Part shown: positions 1-9,592 of the stretch, in pieces
How positions within the stretch are numbered: the stretch's first letter is position 1
How the letters are laid out: each line of letters begins with the position of its first letter
Origin: an uncultured virus (IMG/VR IMGVR_UViG_643886092_000009)
Lineage: Duplodnaviria; Heunggongvirae; Uroviricota; Caudoviricetes
Virus record (IMG/VR): IMGVR_UViG_643886092_000009
DNA length: 64,000 nt
Strand: one strand, 5' to 3'
Made by a program: the position numbers and the translations under genes
The notes under the pieces: model-generated
Databases searched by the model: none
Seen by the model: the letters and a program-made list of their open reading frames with translations, nothing else
What the model was told of the DNA's origin: nothing

Positions 1-95
1 GGGACATATGTTTGTCATATGGATGAGAGATATGATAATAAAACAGTAGAAGAGTTATGGGAGTTGTTAAGGGGTAGTAAGGGAGGAAGAAAGTT

Positions 96-425
96 ATGCT
101 ATCAGGATTAAAACGGTTATTCAAACCAAATAAACAAGCGATGAAAGAGAAAGATATCATTATAAATATTAAGGTTATGCAAAAAGATAGAAAGAAACTA
201 GAAACTGAAAGAGCATTAAAGATTGATGAAATGTGCGAAACAGTAAAAGGTTTATCAAAAGAAAACAAAGATGTAGTAAGTACAAAACTAACAAATGATA
301 TTATGGAAATCAATGCACAAATTGACCCTAAAATTGAAGAATGTAACTTGTATATTCAAGAGCAGTTAGATAAAGCAATATACCTAAAACTAGATGTAGA
401 ATATATTAAAGAAATGGTAAGCTAA
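96..425 (+). CDS. hypothetical helical protein
   Basis: 109-aa ORF with GGGAGG RBS. Confidence 0.75.
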   Translation: MLSGLKRLFKPNKQAMKEKDIIINIKVMQKDRKKLETERALKIDEMCETVKGLSKENKDVVSTKLTNDIMEINAQIDPKIEECNLYIQEQLDKAIYLKLDVEYIKEMVS

Positions 426-429
426 CTAG

Positions 430-609
430 ATGGGTTTTCTAACAGACTTTATTATTTTATCAGTAGTACCAAGTATAGCGTTATTGTTAACAAAGAAGTT
501 TCCAATGAAACTAAGAATTGTATCAGTTATCATATGGGTTATCATTGTATGTATACTATTAAACACAGAAGCATATAAAGTAGACGGATGCTTAAAAGGT
601 TGTAAATAA
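430..609 (+). CDS. small membrane protein (59 aa, not in ORF track)
   Basis: ATG430-TAA609, MGFLTDFIILSVVP..., two hydrophobic stretches, fills the gap between co-oriented genes. Confidence 0.55.
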   Translation: MGFLTDFIILSVVPSIALLLTKKFPMKLRIVSVIIWVIIVCILLNTEAYKVDGCLKGCK

Positions 610-623
610 GAGAGGGTAATTAA

Positions 624-962
624 ATGAGTACGGAACTTCAATCTATGCAATTAATAGAGAAAATAGTAGAACATAAGGTTAAACTTCTATTACTTAGAGC
701 AGAAGAACAAAAGCTAGTTGAGTTTGAAGAAAATCATTTACGTGTAAACGGATTACAGTTACATATACCAAGTGTCGTAGCACATACAGAGAAAACATTA
801 GAAATTAGAAAAGAATATGCAAACAGAATAAAAGCAGTAGGAAAACAGAATGAAAAAGTAATGACTCTATTAAATGCCATGTACCCAAACAAGGAAGAAT
901 TGGAGAGAACACTTAATAGTGAAACAGTAAAAGCGTATCAATCAGGAAAGTATTCCATATAA
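624..962 (+). CDS. hypothetical coiled-coil protein
   Basis: 112-aa ORF with RBS; weak resemblance to 1286..1603. Confidence 0.75.
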   Translation: MSTELQSMQLIEKIVEHKVKLLLLRAEEQKLVEFEENHLRVNGLQLHIPSVVAHTEKTLEIRKEYANRIKAVGKQNEKVMTLLNAMYPNKEELERTLNSETVKAYQSGKYSI

Positions 963-977
963 AAGGGGTAGGAAGTT

Positions 978-1289
978 ATGTTAAACTTTACAAAAGCAGT
1001 AGTAAAGCATATGCAGAAGTATATGAATGAGTTAAAGGACTTGAATGCAGAGGAAGAACGAGTAGTTACAGATTTAAAATTCGTAATGGAAACAAGAAAG
1101 AAAGTAAACGATATTTTAGGTATTTTTGAAGCAGAGGAAGAGTTATTAAACAAGAGAGTACATTTTAATAAACAAAAGAAACTAGTATGGTCAAAATTAT
1201 TAGCGGTGGTAGAGTTTGCAAGTGAATTAGATGCAGAGGAAGAAATGAAACAAATGATTGAAACGATTATGAAAGGTAGAGGGATATGA
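978..1289 (+). CDS. hypothetical coiled-coil protein
   Basis: 103-aa ORF with RBS. Confidence 0.75.
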   Translation: MLNFTKAVVKHMQKYMNELKDLNAEEERVVTDLKFVMETRKKVNDILGIFEAEEELLNKRVHFNKQKKLVWSKLLAVVEFASELDAEEEMKQMIETIMKGRGI

Positions 1290-1603
1290 CAAATAAGGAA
1301 AGTATCATAAACGCCTTAGTAAGATGTCATAATGCAATCGTCCAGTTAAAGGAACTAGAAGAGTTAAGAAAAGAAGCGGTAGAGATTGATTCTACTAATT
1401 TAAACTTAGATTATATCATGAAGAAGCATAATGAAACAGTACGAGTTCAAGAAATGTATAATAGAAACATTGAAAAAGAGTATGCTAGTTATCAAGCTAT
1501 ATTAAAACTAGCAGAAGAGTTAGGGTATAGTGAGAAAGAGTTAAAACATAAAAGTAAGTTAAGAGTAGAAGAAATAATCAAGTCAGCGGAGAAAGAAGCA
1601 TAA
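1286..1603 (+). CDS. hypothetical coiled-coil protein
   Basis: ATGA overlap with the upstream gene. Confidence 0.75.
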   Translation: MTNKESIINALVRCHNAIVQLKELEELRKEAVEIDSTNLNLDYIMKKHNETVRVQEMYNRNIEKEYASYQAILKLAEELGYSEKELKHKSKLRVEEIIKSAEKEA

Positions 1604-1628
1604 GTTAAAATAGAAACGAGGGGTAATT

Positions 1629-2963
1629 GTGGTTGTTAATTTAGATTTTGCTTTAGAGGGGGATAAAGTTGTACACATTAAAGACAGACTATCTAGAGAT
1701 ATGACTTACAAATGCCCTTTTTGTGGAGACGAAGTAGGTTACAGGAAGGGTAGTGAAAGAGAGCATTGTTTTTACCATAAAAATCTGGAAACTTGTAACC
1801 CTACTAAAGAAACATTACTTCATTATGATTCAAAACATTACCTTTCTAATTTTATTAATAATACGGATTATAGAGTAATAGGTAAAGACTTGTATTTTAC
1901 AGTAAATTGGTCTTTACTAGATGCAGACTATTATAAGATTTTAAAGAATTTAGGAATGACAATGTATTCTATATCTTTGAAGGAACTTTTAAGTTATTAC
2001 TCAACTTTCTACTCCGAAGTAGAGAAGACTGTTTCTACTTTTAAAGCTGATGTTTGTGTTGTAAATAAGACTTATAGTACAAACCCTCTAGTATTTGAGA
2101 TATTCGTAACACATAAAAATGAGGAAGAAAAAGTAAAATATTTAAAAGACAGTAATATACCTTATTTAGAGTTAAAACCAACAAGAACAAGTGAAGGTTT
2201 TATTTATGAAGTAGTAGATTTTAATTTAGAAGACTTTTTAGAATATAAATATAGTACGTTGAGAGAATCTATATTGAATTTAGTATATAAAGACCAAAAA
2301 GAAGAATTAAAGAGTAAAGTATCAGAAGAAGTAAGAGTTACAATAAAAGAAGAACTTGAAAAAGATATTAAAAATGAATTTTTAATGGAAGCTAGAAAAG
2401 ATATTTCAAATATAAACCTAAGAGATTTCATAAAGAAATCTTTGTATAAAGAAATGAATAGTATAGATTGTCTAAATAGTAAAGTTAAAAACAGACCTTT
2501 AAAGAGAAGAGAAAGATATTATAATTTCGAAACTAAGATTCACAAAGGTAATAAGATACTAATAGCCAACATGGGAAATTATTATGTAACTGACCCTTTA
2601 AATATGCTGAGTAGTTTAATTAATCAACTATCGAACCACTATGATATTGAGATTCTTATTGCAGACATACCTAATTATAACAGAACTTCAAATAGGGAAG
2701 AGGTAATAGGTTTTAATTTAATGTTACCTAACGAAAAATCAACAGGAATACAGTTGAAAAGTATTATGTTATCTTCATTAGATTACTTATTTTCAAATCC
2801 TGAACTACAAACTACAAAGCTAACTATATATGGTATAGACTCCAAAGGTAAATGGGTGAAAACAACGAGAGTTAAAAGGGACAAGATAAGTAGTGTAATA
2901 GAAGCTTATAAGAACGCAGGTATGGGATACCGAAGTCATAAAATAGAAGAATTACCGTATTAG
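1629..2963 (+). CDS. CoiA-like nuclease (N-terminal Zn finger plus PD-(D/E)XK-like domain)
   Basis: YKCPFCG...HCFYH...ETLLH and KADV...VFEIFVTH motifs, as in CoiA-family proteins. Confidence 0.65.
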   Translation: MVVNLDFALEGDKVVHIKDRLSRDMTYKCPFCGDEVGYRKGSEREHCFYHKNLETCNPTKETLLHYDSKHYLSNFINNTDYRVIGKDLYFTVNWSLLDADYYKILKNLGMTMYSISLKELLSYYSTFYSEVEKTVSTFKADVCVVNKTYSTNPLVFEIFVTHKNEEEKVKYLKDSNIPYLELKPTRTSEGFIYEVVDFNLEDFLEYKYSTLRESILNLVYKDQKEELKSKVSEEVRVTIKEELEKDIKNEFLMEARKDISNINLRDFIKKSLYKEMNSIDCLNSKVKNRPLKRRERYYNFETKIHKGNKILIANMGNYYVTDPLNMLSSLINQLSNHYDIEILIADIPNYNRTSNREEVIGFNLMLPNEKSTGIQLKSIMLSSLDYLFSNPELQTTKLTIYGIDSKGKWVKTTRVKRDKISSVIEAYKNAGMGYRSHKIEELPY

Positions 2964-2976
2964 GAGGGGTAGAACA

Positions 2977-3867
2977 GTGTCAGAAGTACACAAATGTAAT
3001 AACGGTCAAAAGTTTGATAAACAATTAAGAAAATTAGTTCCATGTGAAATATGTAAAAGAGAACGTAAAAATGAAGTACGTGATGGGATTGTAAATCAAC
3101 AAACTGGCAATCGTGAATCGCTATCTATTCATTTAGGAATTGACCAAAGATACGTTTCAGATATGTATAGTCAAGAAGCGATTATTGGTACGACAGACTT
3201 ATACTACCTTGAAGACAACTCTGTATATGAGTTTAATGCAGTAGTAGAAGCGTTAATGGCTGGTCTAACTGGTGGTCAACTACCTGAGACTTCATTTGTT
3301 ATGTATGCAGGTCGTCATGCTGAATTACAGAAACTAGCTTATTGTTTCTTAGCATCAGCTTACAAAGGGTTATTAACGGTAGGTAGAGTGCTAACAGCTA
3401 GAGAGATTCGAGTAAACAAATACAAAGAAGATTTTGATGAGTATTACAAGAAAGACATTATTGTAGTAATTATGACAGATGATGCAGATAGTGTAACTTT
3501 CGGTGAAGTACAAGGGTTTATGCAAGAGCGTTCATTAAACAATAAACCTACAATCGTATTATTAAGTAATCGTAGAAACTTTACATTAACAATCGGTAGA
3601 CTTTGTAGTCTGAGCGAAGCAAGATATGATTTAGGGGTATTTATCGGTGTAAACTATAAGCAAGGTTTAGATATGTCAGAAGAAACTATCAAAATTGCTA
3701 CAAAAGCCTTTAAAGTATCAAATGAAACTTTAGGTACAAATCAGAAGTTAGAAGATATTATGAGAATACCGAATGAGAATCTAAAGACTACGGATGCTGA
3801 AATGCAGTCATTTGATATGGATAAATTCACAAAAGGAAACCTAAACTTCAATGGTAAAGGAAGTTAA
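2977..3867 (+). CDS. degenerate DnaC/DnaI-like helicase-loader homolog
   Basis: N-terminal Cys pairs (HKCNN...PCEIC) and DnaC-like C-terminal ER..NNKPTIVLLSN; no canonical Walker A. Confidence 0.4.
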   Translation: MSEVHKCNNGQKFDKQLRKLVPCEICKRERKNEVRDGIVNQQTGNRESLSIHLGIDQRYVSDMYSQEAIIGTTDLYYLEDNSVYEFNAVVEALMAGLTGGQLPETSFVMYAGRHAELQKLAYCFLASAYKGLLTVGRVLTAREIRVNKYKEDFDEYYKKDIIVVIMTDDADSVTFGEVQGFMQERSLNNKPTIVLLSNRRNFTLTIGRLCSLSEARYDLGVFIGVNYKQGLDMSEETIKIATKAFKVSNETLGTNQKLEDIMRIPNENLKTTDAEMQSFDMDKFTKGNLNFNGKGS

Positions 3868-3869
3868 AT

Positions 3870-4142
3870 ATGTTAAACTTTGTAGTATCTCATATGGTTA
3901 CAATTTCTTGGATAATTAGCTTTTATTTCTTTATTGATTCTATCATTCAGTTAAACAATAAAGAAAAGAGGAAAGAAGAAGAATTTAACAAAATGGTAGG
4001 TAAGAAACACAAAGACCTATTTACAGACTTTGCACTTAAATTTGTTATCGTATTCTCGATAGGGTTGTATGGTGTTTATACAAACACGTTTGAAACAGCA
4101 ATTCAATCTTTATTAAACTTTAAATTACACTTGGAGGGGTAG
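3870..4142 (+). CDS. small membrane protein
   Basis: two hydrophobic segments. Confidence 0.7.
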   Translation: MLNFVVSHMVTISWIISFYFFIDSIIQLNNKEKRKEEEFNKMVGKKHKDLFTDFALKFVIVFSIGLYGVYTNTFETAIQSLLNFKLHLEG

Positions 4143-4144
4143 TC

Positions 4145-4285
4145 ATGGGAAACTTAATAAACAGTTTCCTATTTTCTTTTGTCTTTTTAGTTGTTGCATC
4201 CTATAGCATGTTTTCAATGAGAGACATAAAGACAATGGATAAAGAACATTTTAAATTACCATCAGAACAGAAAGAAGGTTTATAA
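4145..4285 (+). CDS. small membrane peptide (46 aa, not in ORF track)
   Basis: GGAGGGG RBS, ATG4145, TAATG overlap with the next gene. Confidence 0.55.
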   Translation: MGNLINSFLFSFVFLVVASYSMFSMRDIKTMDKEHFKLPSEQKEGL

Positions 4286-4554
4286 TGGAATTTGTATACA
4301 TACTAAACTCCATATTCGTTGTGATTGTATGGATTATTACAATTAAAACTTGTATTTCTTTCCTACAGACATTATCTTTTAATAAGAAAGTAATGGATAA
4401 AGAACAAGGGTATGATGATAAAGAATTATTAAATATAGAAAACAGTCAGAATAAAGTAAAGAACCAATTAATATTTTTCCTTGTTATTAATGCTTTATAT
4501 GTAACTACAGATGGATTTGCTTATACTGTACATGCATTACGTAATTTAATTTAA
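4285..4554 (+). CDS. small membrane protein
   Basis: two hydrophobic segments, same layout as 3870..4142. Confidence 0.7.
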   Translation: MEFVYILNSIFVVIVWIITIKTCISFLQTLSFNKKVMDKEQGYDDKELLNIENSQNKVKNQLIFFLVINALYVTTDGFAYTVHALRNLI

Positions 4555-4631
4555 ATAATTATCTAAACTGTATTTATAAGTTAAACTTTGTATAAAAATA
4601 TACAGACAGAAAAATAATTTTGTGTTTAGTA

Positions 4632-4660
4632 TTGATTTATACAGTGAGATATGGTATACT
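4632..4660 (+). promoter_or_regulatory. sigmaA-type promoter
   Basis: TTGATT-N17-TATACT with extended -10 TG. Confidence 0.7.
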
Positions 4661-4697
4661 ATGTATATAGTAAGATACTATATTGGAGGTTTTAATC

Positions 4698-5141
4698 ATG
4701 AGTACAAATAAAACAGTTACATTAGGTGAGTTAAAGCAAGGTGTTTGGAATGCAGTAAGGGGAGACATGGAAATAGAAGCAAACTTCATTCTAGTTAAAC
4801 CGGAAGCTGATAAGGTAACTTTCACATACATGGGTGAGTATGATGATACAAATACCGCTTTAGAGTATGAAAGAGTAGCATATGTTGTACATGAAGAAAT
4901 CTTTATGTTTGATGAAAACCTTGCAGGATTAACATTACAATCAATGAGTGTTAATAAACTGGTTGATATAGTTGAAAGTCACCCAACAACTATTTTATTT
5001 GACATATTTATTACAGGAACAAATAAAGATATTTATCCAAACTTAGATGAATTAGAAAAATTAGCATATAAAACTGATGTTTCGGAAGAGTTAGAAGGAT
5101 TCCGTTTAGAAGATGGAACACCTGTAACACCAATGAAATAA
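4698..5141 (+). CDS. hypothetical acidic protein
   Basis: GGAGGT RBS before ATG4698. Confidence 0.8.
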   Translation: MSTNKTVTLGELKQGVWNAVRGDMEIEANFILVKPEADKVTFTYMGEYDDTNTALEYERVAYVVHEEIFMFDENLAGLTLQSMSVNKLVDIVESHPTTILFDIFITGTNKDIYPNLDELEKLAYKTDVSEELEGFRLEDGTPVTPMK

Positions 5142-5146
5142 GCCAT

Positions 5147-5183
5147 AAACAAACTCCACTAGTAAATAAGTGGGGTTTGTTTT
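5147..5183 (+). terminator. intrinsic terminator
   Basis: AAACAAACTCCACT / AGTGGGGTTTGTTT hairpin. Confidence 0.7.
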
Positions 5184-5201
5184 ATATAAACTGGAGGGAA
5201 T

Positions 5202-5591
5202 ATGATGTTAGGATTAGAATACGTTTTATTTATTAAAGGTTTAAGTGGAACTGAGATAGCAAAGAATATAGGGGTATCAAGTCAAATGGTGAATCACTGG
5301 GTACAAGCTCGTAGACCTATGGATTCTGAAAGATTAGCTTATTTCGAGGGATTACTAGAAGTACCTTCAACTTACTTAAACAAAGAAATAGACTCAAAAG
5401 ATAGATTAGAAATTGATATTATTATTTGTAAAACAGAAGGTGTTTCAATTGAAAGTGATGTAGTAAATAAAACAATAGAACTAGAAACGATGAGAGAAAA
5501 CTATGCAAAACTACTTAATAAGTATAATGAGTCTTTAGTAGATAAGAAAGAATTCAAAGAGAAAATCATTGCAATGATACAAAATATGTAG
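5202..5591 (+). CDS. XRE-family HTH regulator
   Basis: LSGTEIAKNIGVSSQMVNHWVQ HTH signature. Confidence 0.8.
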   Translation: MMLGLEYVLFIKGLSGTEIAKNIGVSSQMVNHWVQARRPMDSERLAYFEGLLEVPSTYLNKEIDSKDRLEIDIIICKTEGVSIESDVVNKTIELETMRENYAKLLNKYNESLVDKKEFKEKIIAMIQNM

Positions 5592-5599
5592 TAACTTAT

Positions 5600-5628
5600 T
5601 TGACAAATGGAGAACTATATGATATAAT
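5600..5628 (+). promoter_or_regulatory. sigmaA promoter
   Basis: TTGACA-N17-TATAAT with extended -10 TG. Confidence 0.85.
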
Positions 5629-5669
5629 AAGTATATAAGTTAAATAATAGAGAAAAGGGAGAGGTTATT

Positions 5670-5915
5670 ATGAATATCGTTCAATTATTAACAGGTAAAA
5701 ACGTAAAGGGTTTATATAAAATTACACATTCAATTAGTGAGTCATGGATTGGAGCAGTAGTAAACGTACAAGAGGATACAGACATAAATGAAGGTAATTA
5801 TCGTTACATTATTGTTAAGGGTGTAGAAGACCAAACAATAAACCACGTAGTAAACAATGCATTACCTTTAGTCGGTGCAGTAACTACAGCTGAGTTCGAA
5901 AAGGTAGGTAAATAA
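5670..5915 (+). CDS. hypothetical protein, family A copy 1
   Basis: shares Y.I..S....W...V and PL...I..AEF with the next two genes. Confidence 0.8.
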   Translation: MNIVQLLTGKNVKGLYKITHSISESWIGAVVNVQEDTDINEGNYRYIIVKGVEDQTINHVVNNALPLVGAVTTAEFEKVGK

Positions 5916-5916
5916 T

Positions 5917-6180
5917 ATGAAACCTGTATCTATTGTAGATATCATACAAAACGGTAAGAAAGATGAAAAGTACCGTATTGTTAACTCATCGGCAGATAAC
6001 TGGGTAGATGTACAAGTAACAGTAAAAGAACAGATAAAGCATAATGAAGAACCTACAAAATCTGTTTATATAACAGATTTATCACAAGATAATGTAGGAG
6101 AATACTACTTAAACTGTCCAGTACCTTTAATAGATGCAATTATTTCAGCAGAATTTATAAAAGAAGAGAACGAAAACTAA
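5917..6180 (+). CDS. hypothetical protein, family A copy 2
   Basis: paralog of 5670..5915. Confidence 0.8.
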   Translation: MKPVSIVDIIQNGKKDEKYRIVNSSADNWVDVQVTVKEQIKHNEEPTKSVYITDLSQDNVGEYYLNCPVPLIDAIISAEFIKEENEN

Positions 6181-6215
6181 AGAAAAGAAGGGGTAGATAA
6201 CTCCTTCTTTTCTTT
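6179..6215 (+). terminator. intrinsic terminator
   Basis: AAAGAAAAGAAGGGG / CTCCTTCTTTTCTTT inverted repeat. Confidence 0.65.
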
Positions 6216-6232
6216 ATAAACAGGAGGTATTT

Positions 6233-6474
6233 ATGAACCTATTAGAGTTACTATCAGAAGAAAGTACAGAAGGAACATATGAAATCACACAAACACCTAG
6301 CGAACTTTGGTTGGGAACTGTTGTAACTTTAAACATTCGTACATACAAGAAAATAAGTAATTGTCGTGCTATAAAGTTGTTTCTGTAAAAGATAAAAGAC
6401 TAAAGAGTTATATTGATAAACCACTACCGATTATAGGTTCAATTACGGTAGCAGAATTTACAAAGAAAGATTAA
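6233..6474 (+). pseudogene. frameshifted family A copy 3
   Basis: MNLLELLS...W in one frame and KPLPIIGSITVAEFTKKD* in another; 242 nt, one base short of an intact frame. Confidence 0.7.
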
Positions 6475-6497
6475 TAAAATATAAGGAGAGACTGAAA

Positions 6498-6788
6498 ATG
6501 GAATGTCCATATTGTAAAGGGAGTTTAGACTATAATACTACATGGTATACAGGATTGTACGGTAGAGAAGACTATCAAGAAAGAGGTATTGAATATAAAT
6601 GTCCAAACTGGCAAGGTTTTAATGATGAAAAAGAAAGACAAGCTTATATAGAAAGAAACAATATAGTAGTTGGTAAAGACCAAGAATTTGAAACAGTTGA
6701 AGATGTTATTTGTAAGAGTCATGAAGAATGTAACGGAGATTTCTATACAGACGGAAGCGAAGAACTTATAGAAGGAAATCCATGTTAG
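6498..6788 (+). CDS. Cys-containing putative Zn-binding protein
   Basis: CPYC...CPN; AAGGAG RBS. Confidence 0.75.
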   Translation: MECPYCKGSLDYNTTWYTGLYGREDYQERGIEYKCPNWQGFNDEKERQAYIERNNIVVGKDQEFETVEDVICKSHEECNGDFYTDGSEELIEGNPC

Positions 6789-6801
6789 GGGTAGGAAACA
6801 G

Positions 6802-7182
6802 ATGAAATTAAAAGCAGTAGTAATAGAAGTAGAAGAAGAAACATTAGATGTAAATAAAACTGTAGTATATTTAGAGCCAAACACACATGATAATATAAGT
6901 AAAGTAGGTATAGACCGATTAGGTTGGTTTGATAGTATAAAAGAAACTTCTGTACATAAAAATATTATCGCTTTAACAGAAGAGAATGGTACGTATACAA
7001 AGAAAACTTATTTTGCACCAAACTATCCAAAACCTACAGTTGGGTTTGTGTATGGAAAAGCTTTATTTGTAGGGGTAAACGAAGAAGGAGAGTATATCGC
7101 TTTAACAAACGAGCAAATATACTTAATAATGAATTACATACCTATTCTTACGAAAGGTGAAAACCTCCTATATCAAGGTTAA
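6802..7182 (+). CDS. DUF3846-like protein
   Basis: VYGKALFVGVNEEGEYIALTNEQI C-terminal motif. Confidence 0.6.
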   Translation: MKLKAVVIEVEEETLDVNKTVVYLEPNTHDNISKVGIDRLGWFDSIKETSVHKNIIALTEENGTYTKKTYFAPNYPKPTVGFVYGKALFVGVNEEGEYIALTNEQIYLIMNYIPILTKGENLLYQG

Positions 7183-7320
7183 ATAAAGTTTTCAAAGTAT
7201 CAATAAAAGGCTATCTCAAACAAATCGAATATTTTTGAGTTTACTTTAAAGGTCTAGAGATAGTGAAATAGGCTAAGAAACAGATAGTTTTATAATAAGA
7301 AACAAAATAGTAGAAAAAGT

Positions 7321-7352
7321 AAGGAAGGTTGCTTATACACCTTCCTTTTCTT
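7321..7352 (+). terminator. intrinsic terminator
   Basis: AAGGAAGGT / ACCTTCCTT followed by a T-rich tail. Confidence 0.65.
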
Positions 7353-7420
7353 ATATAAACAAATAGTTAAGAATAAAGAAACTAGTTTAATGTATCCTTG
7401 AGTTTATTTAAAATTTTAAG

Positions 7421-7494
7421 TAACTTTGCTATCTCACCATTGTCTACTCGTCTTCCTAATAACCGACAAAAATTTTATTACTTTTCTACCAAAC
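7421..7494 (+). repeat. dispersed fixed-spacing motif, copy 1
   Basis: TAACTT-N14-TGTCTA...AAAAATTTT...ACCAAAC. Confidence 0.55.
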
Positions 7495-7518
7495 TACTAA
7501 AATAAATCACAAATATAT

Positions 7519-7547
7519 TTGACAAATAAAGAAACTTATGGTATAAT
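7519..7547 (+). promoter_or_regulatory. sigmaA promoter
   Basis: TTGACA-N17-TATAAT with extended -10 TG. Confidence 0.85.
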
Positions 7548-7596
7548 AAATACATAAGGTTAAGGTAATACAAAAGAGAGAGAGGAAGTTGTAAAA

Positions 7597-8001
7597 ATGA
7601 GTACAGATAATACATTGCAAGTGGCAGAAGGTAAAGCAAACGTGTTAAAGTTATATGTAACAGAAGATGTAGATTTAAAGTGGGAAGTTATTCAGTTAGA
7701 AACAAATGAAGAAGGTTTTATTGAGCATGAAACTATTGTAAAAGCAATAAACGGTGGAGAATATGTAGGCGGTATGTGTGCATTAGAAACTTCATCTTTA
7801 TACTATGATGAGGAAGGTATTAATAACTTCGAAACATGGTTTGCTATTAAAACTCCATATGAATATACAGCAAAAGTCTACGGGGTAGGAATCTTTGTAG
7901 GACATGGTGTAGATGAAGAACCGATTGGTCTAACTGAGGAAGAAATAAAAGAAATGAGAGAGCGTTGTGAAATTCGGGGTTATGGAAGCAAACAGAATTA
8001 A
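7597..8001 (+). CDS. DUF3846-like protein
   Basis: YDEEG...VYGVGIFVG...PIGLTEEEI. Confidence 0.6.
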   Translation: MSTDNTLQVAEGKANVLKLYVTEDVDLKWEVIQLETNEEGFIEHETIVKAINGGEYVGGMCALETSSLYYDEEGINNFETWFAIKTPYEYTAKVYGVGIFVGHGVDEEPIGLTEEEIKEMRERCEIRGYGSKQN

Positions 8002-8074
8002 GTAAGAGCAAGAATATAATTGGGGTAGTTGGGTTGCTATCCCTTTCTTGTCATAAAAACTGGAGGTGTATGTA

Positions 8075-8260
8075 ATGAAACGATTCTTTACGGAATTTAT
8101 TAGTGCAGAAACGCCAAACCAAGATGTATGTCAGGAAGTCGTAGAAGCTAAATCAAGAAATGAACTATTTAAGAGTATGAGAAAACGTAGTGATGTAGGT
8201 CTTCTATTACGTGTAGAAGATAGAGGGGAGGTAAACCCTAATGAGTCATGTAAGCACTAA
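8075..8260 (+). CDS. hypothetical protein
   Basis: GGAGGT RBS. Confidence 0.6.
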   Translation: MKRFFTEFISAETPNQDVCQEVVEAKSRNELFKSMRKRSDVGLLLRVEDRGEVNPNESCKH

Positions 8261-8570
8261 GATTCCAAGAATAAAATCTGAAATTAAAGTGAAAGACCAG
8301 TATGTAGAAAATGAGATAAGGATTGTAGAACTGGACACAGATTATGATTTCTTAGAAGGTTTGTTTATAAATCTAGCTTGCTTTATTAGAAGTGATAAGA
8401 TTAAGAAACTACGTGCTGATTTATTCAAGTTAAACGTAAACGGTTGTCTATTATCATTTAAAGAGGGGATACGTGCGTATGAGTTATTAAACATGTACGA
8501 TAATAGATATGAAACAAGAGAAGGTACAACAATCGGTAATATACATGGAAAACATAATAGGAGGAAGTAA
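8241..8570 (+). CDS. hypothetical protein
   Basis: GGAGGT RBS. Confidence 0.7.
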   Translation: MSHVSTKIPRIKSEIKVKDQYVENEIRIVELDTDYDFLEGLFINLACFIRSDKIKKLRADLFKLNVNGCLLSFKEGIRAYELLNMYDNRYETREGTTIGNIHGKHNRRK

Positions 8571-8571
8571 G

Positions 8572-9234
8572 ATGGGAGTATCAATTTTAAAACAATTTCG
8601 AAACGATGAGAATCGAGTATTTAAACTGGAAATGATTTCTTCAAGTGCATTCAATGAAGACATCTATAAAGAAATGACAGACTGGGTTAACAGTGAGTTA
8701 TTTGACAGATATAGTAGTCTTGAAATTGTAACTACAATTAATGGTGTTACTTTTGAAGTTAAACGAGGGGATACACCAGAGCAACTGAAATCTCGTCATG
8801 TAAAGAAAAGAGAATTAATCGAGTCAGTAGATAAAGCCCTTAGTTTAAGAGTAGGAGAACCGAAAGCAGTTGTTGTGTTAGAAGCAAAAGAAACACATTT
8901 CGTAGCAGACCCTAAGCCTTTCACACTCACAAACGAAGGGGTATTATCAAACGAAGAAATTTATCGTTTGATTGATTCAAAATATTTTGTACCGATTCCT
9001 TTTAGTGAGACAATTGATATGTTAGTAGACGAAGAAGGAATTCATACAAAGGAAACATATGTAGATGTTATCACACCTAGAGATACGATTCGTTTATATG
9101 GTAAAGTATTATTTGTAAACCGTACAAACGATGGAGATTATACACCGTTAACACAAAATCAAGAACATAAACTGATTGATATTGTTCGTGCAAAAGATTT
9201 TGGTAAGAACGTATATAAGAAGCAATCCTGTTAA
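8572..9234 (+). CDS. protein with C-terminal DUF3846-like domain
   Basis: AGGAGG RBS; LVDEEG...LYGKVLFV...YTPLT. Confidence 0.65.
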   Translation: MGVSILKQFRNDENRVFKLEMISSSAFNEDIYKEMTDWVNSELFDRYSSLEIVTTINGVTFEVKRGDTPEQLKSRHVKKRELIESVDKALSLRVGEPKAVVVLEAKETHFVADPKPFTLTNEGVLSNEEIYRLIDSKYFVPIPFSETIDMLVDEEGIHTKETYVDVITPRDTIRLYGKVLFVNRTNDGDYTPLTQNQEHKLIDIVRAKDFGKNVYKKQSC

Positions 9235-9275
9235 GGGGTTGTTTCTTTCTATTTCAATGTAACTAGGAGGTTTTT

Positions 9276-9458
9276 ATGAAGACTAAGAAAGAAATCGAAG
9301 AGGAAATCAAGTCATTTGAAAACACAATTAAAAACTATCGTAAAGCAGTAGCAAACGGAAAGTTTCCTAAGGAAGAACTACCAAACATCATACGAGAAAA
9401 CCAAGCAGGTATTTCTGCACTCTTATGGGTGTTAGGAGAGAATGATAGGTTTGATTAA
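9276..9458 (+). CDS. hypothetical protein
   Basis: AGGAGG RBS. Confidence 0.65.
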   Translation: MKTKKEIEEEIKSFENTIKNYRKAVANGKFPKEELPNIIRENQAGISALLWVLGENDRFD

Positions 9459-9592
9459 AGGGTAGGTGAAACATGGATAAATCAAAGAGACAGAAGATAT
9501 TCAATATTATATGGATAATCTGTTATATTGGACTCACAATACAAGGTGTAATGTGGGTAATTACTTTATATAACCAATAGGAGGAATAAAGC

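Noticed and set aside
12..39. Possible promoter TTGTCA...GATAAT
   Set aside because: Mismatched boxes, 16-nt spacing and no upstream context.
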